DNA of 64,000 nucleotides from Devosia ginsengisoli (GTDB lineage: Bacteria; Pseudomonadota; Alphaproteobacteria; Rhizobiales; Devosiaceae): contig NZ_JANQAJ010000011.1 in assembly GCF_024707105.1 (NCBI RefSeq), forward strand, positions 195,488 to 259,487, in the 5' to 3' direction. The notes under the pieces were generated by a model, which made no database searches, was not told the DNA's origin, and saw only the letters and a list, made by a program, of their open reading frames with translations. Position numbers and translations under genes: made by a program. How positions within the stretch are numbered: position 1 is the stretch's first letter; each line of letters begins with the position of its first letter. Below, in pieces: positions 57,383 through 64,000 of this stretch.

Positions 57383-58528
57383 TTACAGCCAGCCAAGGGC
57401 CAGTTGCTTGAGGGCGTCGGTGGCCTTGCGGACGATATCGCCCTCCCCCACGCTTTCGGCGGCGTAGAGCGGGGCGGTCTGGACGAGCTGGTCGTCGCAG
57501 AAGACCTGGAGTTCGGCGATCTGGTCGCCCTGCATGACCGGCGGCCGCAGCGGGCCGGTATAGTTGACCTGGGCGTTGAGGCAGCGGCGCGAGCCGCGCG
57601 GCAGGTAGAGTGCCACTTCGCCCTTGCCGACCAGGCCAACGCTGGCGCTGCTGCCGCCATAGACATTGGCATAGGCGACCACGGCGCCTTCGGGATAGGC
57701 GGCGACGCGTTCGAAGGCGCGGGCACCCCAGGTGATGAGCTTGCGGCCTTCCTCGGTGCGCTGGGCCATGGAGGTGAGGCCATGCAGCACGGCGACCAGC
57801 CGGCGGCCGCCTTCATCGGTGGAGATGACCGAACCGTAGCCCGCGGCCTCGGTATGGCCGGTCTTGAGGCCATCGACGCCGATGCCGAGTTCCACCAGGG
57901 AGTTGCGGTTGGGCTGCTTGATGCCGTTCCACTCCATGTCGGGCTCGGAGAAGTAGTGGTAATATTCGGGGAATTGCTGGATCAGGTAGCGCGCCAGGTC
58001 GGCGAGGTCGCGGGCCGTGACATACATGTCCGGGTCCGGCAGGCCGGTGGGATTGGTGAAGTGGGAGTCGGCGAGGCCGATATCCTCGCCCAGCTCGTTC
58101 ATCATGGCGGCAAAGCTGGTTTCCGAACCGGCAATGCCCTCGGCCAGCACGATGGCGGCATCGTTGCCGGACTGGATGACAACCGAGCGGATCAGGTCTT
58201 CGACCGATATCTGGGAGTTGAGCTCGGCAAACATGGTCGAGCCGCCCGAGGCGGCGCCGCCGGTGCGCCAGGCATGTTCGGAGACGAAGAACATGTCGGT
58301 CATGGACAGCCGGCCGCTGCGGATTTCGTTGAAGACCACGGCGATGGTCATGAGCTTGGCCATGCTGGCCGGTTCCATCGGCAGGTCGGCATCCTTCTGG
58401 AAGATGACGGTGCCGGAATCCTCGTCCATCAGGATGGCGAATTTGGCTTTGGTGTCGAAATCGGCCTGGGCCAAAGCCGGCATAGTCAAGGCCAGCGTTG
58501 CCGCGAGAATTCGCAGGATTTTCTTCAC
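57383..58528 (-). CDS. D-alanyl-D-alanine carboxypeptidase (class C low-molecular-weight PBP)
   Basis: ORF 57383..58597; start moved to GTG 58528 (VKKILRILAATLALTMPALAQA, RBS GGAGGAGGGGG). SMAKLMT (SxxK), QSGND (SxN), LKTGHT (KTG). Confidence 0.9.
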   Translation of the reverse strand: MKKILRILAATLALTMPALAQADFDTKAKFAILMDEDSGTVIFQKDADLPMEPASMAKLMTIAVVFNEIRSGRLSMTDMFFVSEHAWRTGGAASGGSTMFAELNSQISVEDLIRSVVIQSGNDAAIVLAEGIAGSETSFAAMMNELGEDIGLADSHFTNPTGLPDPDMYVTARDLADLARYLIQQFPEYYHYFSEPDMEWNGIKQPNRNSLVELGIGVDGLKTGHTEAAGYGSVISTDEGGRRLVAVLHGLTSMAQRTEEGRKLITWGARAFERVAAYPEGAVVAYANVYGGSSASVGLVGKGEVALYLPRGSRRCLNAQVNYTGPLRPPVMQGDQIAELQVFCDDQLVQTAPLYAAESVGEGDIVRKATDALKQLALGWL

Positions 58529-58570
58529 GTTGCCCCCTCCTCCCGGTTCAATGCGAGCCTTGTTCCCGAT

Positions 58571-58639
58571 GTCATTTCCGCGCAGGCGGGAATCCATTCT
58601 GTCTATTGAAGAGTAGATTCCCGCCTTCGCGGGAATGAC
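58571..58639. repeat. palindromic REP-like element (GTCATTTCCGCGCAGGCGGGAATC ... GATTCCCGCCTTCGCGGGAATGAC)
   Basis: Two 24-nt arms, inverted, 21-nt spacer, each arm itself a small hairpin. Its translation gives the spurious MDSRLRGNDI extension of the upstream ORF. Confidence 0.7.
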
Positions 58640-58673
58640 ACAGTGATCGGACTGACAAATGACAGTTCGTCTA

Positions 58674-59722
58674 TCAGTCCAACTTTAGATCATTGAGCCC
58701 GAGTTCGCGAGCCAGATCGAGAACATCGATGCGTGATACGCCGGGCTTGAGATGGGTCAGGGTCAGCCGGGTGGCGGCACGGCCGTTGACGGTAACGGCT
58801 TCCTCATCGACGGCGCCCAGCAGGGCGAAGCGCTCGGAGAGGGCTATGGCATTGCCCTGATCGGCGAAAATACCGAGGCCCAGCTTGATGCTGCGGGCAT
58901 CGGCATCGATGGACTGTACCCATTCGTCAAGGGCGCCGGCGCGGGTGGCCATGGCGGTTACGGCGGCATGGGCGGTGCCGATGGCGGCATCCTGCTCCTG
59001 CGGCGTGGTGTCGGCGTAGGAGAACAGGTTGCCGAAGAAATTGCCGGCGATGTCGGCGAGGCTGTTGGTATTGTCGGCCTGGGCGAACTGGGTATTGCCG
59101 CCGCCGAAATCGGCCGGGCCGTTATAGGAGGCCATGAGCATGCGGGTATCGTCGCCCTCGAGCGGCGCCGGCCCGACATATTCGGCCCTGATCTGGGTGT
59201 GGCCGTTGTTGACATATCCGAGCATGCTCGCGGCCCGGTAGGACAGGTCCATGATGCGGCCCGGCATGTAGGGGCCGCGATCGTTGACGCGGACGATGAC
59301 GGAGCGGCCATTGGCCTGGTTGGTGACGCGAACATAGGACGGCAGCGGCAGCGTGGGATGCGCGCCGGTGATCGCGTTGGCTGAGAAGATTTCCCCGTTA
59401 GCCGTTCTGCGGCCATGGAAATCGGCGCCGTACCATGAGGCATCGCCGCTGGCGACATAGTCCGGCTGTTCGGCCGGCGTGTAGACCTTGCCCCGCACCG
59501 TATAGGGTTTGCCGACCTGGTAGCGGCCGCCGCCCTTGGGGGGATTGGGATTGGTGGTGACGCGGGGGAAACGCCGACACCATATTCGGAAGAGCTGAAG
59601 GCAGCGCGGTTGACGGTGGCGCCCAACCCGCCGCCGCAGGCAGCGATGACCGGTGCGATCAGGGCCGCGAGGGCGACAAAGCGGATGGCATGGCGCCAGG
59701 AGGTCGTCGTCACGGTACGCAA
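58674..59722 (-). pseudogene. rlpA: septal ring lytic transglycosylase RlpA-family lipoprotein with C-terminal SPOR domain, frameshifted (or sequencing error)
   Basis: ORF 58958..59722 supplies the lipoprotein signal (ALIAPVIAACGG) up to EYGVGVSP. ORF 58674..59498 and its upstream open frame supply RVTTNPNPPKGGGRYQVGKPYTVRGKVYTP...ASWYG...HGRRTANGE...VRVNDRGP and the SPOR domain. The frames join by adding one base to the G5 run 59564..59568. Confidence 0.8.
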
Positions 59723-59804
59723 ACTCTACGCTGATTTACACTGCGAGCACGGATCATAACGCGATCCGGGAGCGCTCGCAGTCAGTTAGCGTTTTTTCTG
59801 GTTT

Positions 59805-59847
59805 CGGTGAGGTTAAGGGGAACGGACTGTTAGCATCGAGCGTAGCA
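59805..59847. repeat. degenerate copy of the 3' end of metG in the rlpA-metH intergenic region
   Basis: 59825..59847 GACTGTTAGCATCGAGCGTAGCA versus 53936..53958 GACTGTTAGCATCGAGCGCAGCA (22 of 23). Weaker similarity continues leftwards (CGGTGAGGTTAAGGGG versus CGGTAGCGGAAGGGG) across a ~10-nt gap. Confidence 0.75.
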
Positions 59848-59914
59848 TTTGATGCCAATGCGTGACTGTTCGGGGATAAATGCGTCCCTGCACTGCTATT
59901 GCGCGCTTGCAGAT

Positions 59915-59930
59915 ATAAAGATATCTTTAT
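59915..59930. promoter_or_regulatory. perfect 16-bp palindrome ATAAAGATATCTTTAT about 30 bp upstream of metH
   Basis: Read directly. AT-rich in a GC-rich genome, placed between the intergenic repeat and the metH start. Confidence 0.4.
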
Positions 59931-59957
59931 GTCACTAGGCGTCGACAACCGAGGTAT

Positions 59958-62900
59958 TTGGCGATGAGCCAGCATGATGATCCCCATATCCCCGACTGGA
60001 ACGAGGTCCGCACCGCGCTGACCAAGGCGGCGCGCGAGCGCATCCTGATCCTGGACGGCGCCATGGGCACCATGATCCAGCGCCTCAAGCTGACCGAGGA
60101 GAATTTCCGGGGTGAGCGCTTCAAGGACTGGAAGCTGCCGCTGCAGGGCAACAATGACCTGCTGGTTATAACCGAGCCCAAGGTGATCGAGGATATCCAT
60201 TTCGACTACTTCATGGCCGGGGCCGATATTGCCGAGACCAACACGTTCTCGGCCACTTCGGTGGCGCAGGCGGATTATGCCTGCGAGGACGCGGTCTATG
60301 ACATCAACTACCAGGGCGTGATCGTCGCCCGGCGGGCGGCGCGACGGGCCGAGGCGGCGGATGGCAGGCGGCGCTTCGTCGCCGGGGCGCTGGGGCCGAC
60401 CAACAAGACGTCGTCCATGTCGACTGACGTCACCAGCCCCGGCTTCCGCTCGATCACCTTCGACCAGTTGGTGGAAGCCTATGGCGAGGCGATCCGCGGG
60501 CTGGTGGATGCGGGTGCCGACCTGCTGCTGTTCGAGACCATTACCGATACGCTCAACACCAAGGCCGGCATATTCGCGGCGCGAAAGCTGTTCGACGAGC
60601 GCGGCATCGATGTGCCGATCATGATTTCGGGCACGATTACCGACCTCAGCGGCCGTACCCTGTCAGGGCAGACGCCGACCGCGTTCTGGTATTCGGTGCG
60701 CCATGCCAACCCGTTCACCATCGGGCTTAATTGCGCGCTGGGCGCCAATGCGATGCGGGCGCATCTGGGCGAGCTGTCCGACGTGGCCGACACGTTCATC
60801 TGCGCCTATCCCAATGCGGGCCTGCCCAATGCGTTCGGGCAGTATGACGAGAGCCCCGAATTCATGGCCGAGCAGATCGAGGGCTTTGCCGCGGCCGGCT
60901 ATGTGAACATTGTCGGCGGGTGCTGCGGCTCGACGCCGGAGCATATCAGCGCCATCGCCCAGGCAGTGGGCAAGCACAAGCCGCGCGCGGTGCCTGCGGC
61001 CGAGAAGTTCCTGCGGCTGTCGGGGCTGGAGCCCTTTACGCTGACGCCGGAAATCCCGTTCGTGAATGTGGGCGAGCGCACCAATGTCACCGGCTCGGCG
61101 CGCTTCCGCAAGATGATCACGGCGGGTGACTATACGGCAGCGCTGGACGTGGCGCGGGACCAGGTGGCCAATGGCGCTCAGGTCATCGACATCAACATGG
61201 ATGAAGGCCTGATCGACTCCAAGCAGGTGATGATCGACTTCCTCAACCTGCTGGCGGCCGAGCCCGACATCGCCAAGGTGCCGCTGATGATCGACTCCTC
61301 CAAATGGGAGGTGATCGAGGCGGGGCTGAAATGCGTGCAGGGCAAGGCGCTGGTCAATTCCATCTCGATGAAGGAAGGCGAGGAAGCGTTCCTGCATCAT
61401 GCGCGGCTGGTGCGCGCCTATGGCGCCGCCGTGGTGGTGATGGCGTTTGACGAACAGGGCCAGGCCGACACGATCGAGCGCAAGGTGGCGATCTGCACGC
61501 GGGCCTACAAGCTGCTTACTGAAGAGGTGGGCTTCCCGCCGGAAGACATCATCTTCGACCCGAACGTGTTCGCGGTGGCCACCGGCATCGAGGAGCACAA
61601 TGGCTATGGCGTGGCCTTTATCGAGGCGACCAGGCAGATTACCGACACCCTGCCCCATGTGCATATTTCGGGCGGTATCTCGAATCTGAGCTTCTCGTTC
61701 CGCGGCAACGAGCCGGTGCGCGAGGCCATGCATGCGGTGTTCCTGTACTATGCCATCCAGAACGGCATGGACATGGGCATCGTCAATGCCGGGCAGCTGG
61801 CGGTCTATGAGAGCATCGACCCCGAATTGCGCGAGGCCTGCGAGGACGTGATCCTCAACCGGCGCGAGGACTCGACCGACCGGCTGCTGGCGCTGGCCGA
61901 ACGCTATCGCGGCGCGGCGGGCAAGGAAGCCGCCGCCAAGGATATGAGCTGGCGCGAAGGGACGGTCGAGGAGCGCATTTCCTATGCGCTGGTCAACGGC
62001 ATTACCGAATTCATCGATGCCGATACTGAGGAAGCGAGGCAGAAGCTGCCCCGCCCGCTGCATGTGATCGAAGGCCCGCTGATGGCCGGCATGAGCGTGG
62101 TGGGGGACCTCTTCGGTTCGGGCAAGATGTTCCTGCCGCAGGTGGTGAAATCGGCGCGGGTGATGAAGCAGGCCGTGGCTTTGCTGCTGCCCTATATGGA
62201 GGCCGAGAAGATCGCCAATGGCGGCGTCGAGGGCGAACGCCAGACCGCCGGCAAGGTGCTGATGGCCACGGTGAAGGGCGACGTGCACGATATCGGCAAG
62301 AATATCGTGGGCGTCGTGCTGGCCTGCAACAATTACGAGATCATCGACCTGGGCGTCATGGTACCGGTGGCCAAGATATTGCAGACGGCCAAGGACGAGA
62401 AGGTCGACATTATCGGGCTTTCGGGGCTGATCACGCCGTCGCTGGACGAAATGGTGCATGTGGCGGCCGAAATGGAGCGCGAAGGGTTCGATATTCCGCT
62501 GCTGATCGGCGGGGCGACGACCAGTCGCGTGCATACGGCGGTCAAGATCCATCCGCGCTACAATCTGGGCCAGGCCGTCCATGTCAACGATGCCAGCCGC
62601 GCCGTGGGCGTGGTGGGCAACCTGCTGTCATCGGATACCAAGGTCAGCTTCATCGAGAATATCCGCGCCGAATATGCCAAGGCGGCGGCGGCGCATGAGC
62701 GGGCAGAGAGCGAGAAGCAGCGCGTGCCGCTGGAAAAGGCGCGGGCCAATGCGTTCAAGCCCGACTGGAGCAGCTATGTGCCGCCCAGGCCGAGCTTCCT
62801 CGGCACGCGAGTGATCGAGGATTTCGACCTCGAAACGCTGGCCAGATATATCGACTGGACGCCCTTCTTCCAGACCTGGGAGCTGAAGGGGCGCTATCCG

Positions 62901-63719
62901 GCCATTCTCGAGGATGAGAGGCAGGGCGAGGTGGCGCGGCAATTGTTCGACGACGCGCAGCAGATGCTCAAGCAGATCATCGGCGAGAAGTGGTTCAAGC
63001 CGCGCGCCGTGGTGGGCTTCTGGCCGGCGAATGCCAATGGCGACGATATCCGCCTCTATAGGGACGAGGGCCGCAAGGACGAGCTGGCGACGTTGTTCAC
63101 CCTGCGCCAGCAGCTCAGCAAGCGCGACGGCAAGCCCCATATGGCGCTGGCCGATTTCGTGGCGCCCGATGGCGTGCCCGACTATGTGGGCGGGTTCGTG
63201 GTGACGGCTGGCATCGAGGAAGTGGCGATTGCCGACAGGTTCGAGCGGGCCAATGACGATTATTCGTCCATCCTGGTCAAGGCATTGGCCGACCGCTTCG
63301 CCGAGGCGCTGGCCGAGGCCATGCATGAGCGGGTGCGCAAGGAGTTCTGGGGCTACGGCGCCGGCGAGAGTTTTGCCCCCGACGAGCTGGCAGCGGAGCC
63401 CTATCGCGGCATCCGCCCTGCCCCCGGCTATCCGGCGCAGCCCGATCACACGGAAAAGACCACGCTGTTCGAGCTGCTCGATGCCGAGAAGACTGTCGGC
63501 GTGACGTTGACCGAGAGCTATGCCATGTGGCCGGGCTCATCGGTTTCGGGGCTCTATTTCAGCCATCCCGATTCCTATTATTTCGGCGTGGCCAAGGTGG
63601 AGCGCGACCAGGTGGCCGATTATGCGCGGCGCAAGAATATGGCGGTGAGCGAAGTGGAACGGTGGCTGGGGCCGATCCTGAACTATATTCCGGGGCCGGC
63701 GATCGTGGCGGCGGAGTAG
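59958..63719 (+). CDS. metH: cobalamin-dependent methionine synthase
   Basis: 1253 aa. Hcy-binding N-domain ([13 protein letters not shown]), pterin-binding domain, B12-binding [12 protein letters not shown] (DxHxxG), C-terminal AdoMet activation domain. Confidence 0.97.
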   Translation: MAMSQHDDPHIPDWNEVRTALTKAARERILILDGAMGTMIQRLKLTEENFRGERFKDWKLPLQGNNDLLVITEPKVIEDIHFDYFMAGADIAETNTFSATSVAQADYACEDAVYDINYQGVIVARRAARRAEAADGRRRFVAGALGPTNKTSSMSTDVTSPGFRSITFDQLVEAYGEAIRGLVDAGADLLLFETITDTLNTKAGIFAARKLFDERGIDVPIMISGTITDLSGRTLSGQTPTAFWYSVRHANPFTIGLNCALGANAMRAHLGELSDVADTFICAYPNAGLPNAFGQYDESPEFMAEQIEGFAAAGYVNIVGGCCGSTPEHISAIAQAVGKHKPRAVPAAEKFLRLSGLEPFTLTPEIPFVNVGERTNVTGSARFRKMITAGDYTAALDVARDQVANGAQVIDINMDEGLIDSKQVMIDFLNLLAAEPDIAKVPLMIDSSKWEVIEAGLKCVQGKALVNSISMKEGEEAFLHHARLVRAYGAAVVVMAFDEQGQADTIERKVAICTRAYKLLTEEVGFPPEDIIFDPNVFAVATGIEEHNGYGVAFIEATRQITDTLPHVHISGGISNLSFSFRGNEPVREAMHAVFLYYAIQNGMDMGIVNAGQLAVYESIDPELREACEDVILNRREDSTDRLLALAERYRGAAGKEAAAKDMSWREGTVEERISYALVNGITEFIDADTEEARQKLPRPLHVIEGPLMAGMSVVGDLFGSGKMFLPQVVKSARVMKQAVALLLPYMEAEKIANGGVEGERQTAGKVLMATVKGDVHDIGKNIVGVVLACNNYEIIDLGVMVPVAKILQTAKDEKVDIIGLSGLITPSLDEMVHVAAEMEREGFDIPLLIGGATTSRVHTAVKIHPRYNLGQAVHVNDASRAVGVVGNLLSSDTKVSFIENIRAEYAKAAAAHERAESEKQRVPLEKARANAFKPDWSSYVPPRPSFLGTRVIEDFDLETLARYIDWTPFFQTWELKGRYPAILEDERQGEVARQLFDDAQQMLKQIIGEKWFKPRAVVGFWPANANGDDIRLYRDEGRKDELATLFTLRQQLSKRDGKPHMALADFVAPDGVPDYVGGFVVTAGIEEVAIADRFERANDDYSSILVKALADRFAEALAEAMHERVRKEFWGYGAGESFAPDELAAEPYRGIRPAPGYPAQPDHTEKTTLFELLDAEKTVGVTLTESYAMWPGSSVSGLYFSHPDSYYFGVAKVERDQVADYARRKNMAVSEVERWLGPILNYIPGPAIVAAE

Positions 63720-63746
63720 AAGCGGCGAAGGTGAATTGGTGGTGGG

Positions 63747-63863
63747 TACCCCCTCCTAGCCTCCCCCTGATAGGGGGAGGAACAGATCGAGTTCCTGGCA
63801 GGATCAAGCCACATCGACCGCGCGGATTCCTCCCCCTATCAGGGGGAGGTTAGGAGGAGGGTA
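63747..63863. repeat. composite REP/MITE-like element, second copy of the family at 57214..57342
   Basis: TACCCCCTCCTAGC + CCTCCCCCT-gat-AGGGGGAGG ... CCTCCCCCT-atc-AGGGGGAGG + TTAGGAGGAGGGTA, read directly. Explains the PLIGGG-type spurious ORFs on both strands. Confidence 0.7.
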
Positions 63864-64000
63864 TCCCCATGAAAAATCGACCCCATTCCCGTGACCCTCG
63901 TCACCGAGCCTGGCCATCTGATCCCGCTCGATGCCGAGACCGCCCTGCTCCGGCTGCCGGCCAATTCCGGGCATGGGCATGCGGATGGCGAACACTGCAT

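Noticed and set aside
60663-62582. 639-aa minus-strand ORF
   Set aside because: Antisense to metH. No motifs; Arg/His/Gly/Leu-rich.
63804-63995. 63-aa minus-strand ORF and a possible plus-strand gene start near 63880 (…IPVTLVTEPGHLIPLDAETALL…)
   Set aside because: The minus ORF is largely the translation of the REP-like element. The plus-strand fragment is under 45 codons before the window ends and has no diagnostic motif.

Overview
High-GC, almost fully coding chromosomal segment. The synteny ntrX-hfq-hflX-mazG on the left and rlpA-dacC-tmk-holB-metG-tatD plus metH on the right points to an alphaproteobacterium, probably Hyphomicrobiales-like. I recognised no rRNA, tRNA, CRISPR array, transposase or integrase. 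There are four blocks. (1) 1-3.6 kb is housekeeping. (2) About 3.7-44.3 kb is a large accessory catabolic island. It carries four divergent MmgE/PrpD paralogues, a TcuA-like flavoprotein and an ICL/PEP-mutase-family lyase. It also has an HMG-CoA-lyase-like enzyme, two family-III CoA-transferases and an ADP-forming acyl-CoA synthetase. A full beta-oxidation-like set is present: SDR, MaoC hydratase, three crotonases, a canonical ACAD, a 778-aa tandem ACAD fusion and an SCP-x-type thiolase with DUF35. The island has its own EtfAB and ETF-QO, two TPP enzymes, tripartite tricarboxylate transporter (TTT) parts, an MFS transporter, and GntR and LysR regulators. Nearly every transcription unit in it is preceded by a GTATAC-centred operator (best copy ATGGTATACCAT), usually flanked by GARTKC (GAATTC in four sites) at exactly 4 bp. 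This suggests one regulon for an uncharacterised CoA-dependent polycarboxylate or branched-acid pathway. (3) 46.5-52.2 kb holds fgd-cofE, a FecBCDE/BtuCDF-class ABC importer and a Mer-like LLM oxidoreductase. This is a candidate coenzyme F420-0 salvage cassette. Both LLM genes are preceded by the same palindrome, TTTGAYC-N4-GGTCAAA. (4) 52.2-63.7 kb is housekeeping, with composite REP-like hairpin elements and a degenerate copy of the metG 3' end upstream of metH. Caveat: five genes (tctC paralogue, MBL hydrolase, etfA with two compensating shifts, Fe-ADH, rlpA) carry single-nucleotide indels, mostly in homopolymer runs. Conserved protein sequence continues in the other frame in each case. Sequencing or assembly error is at least as likely as true pseudogenisation. 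All calls rest on reading the ORF translations and the DNA by eye; no searches were run.
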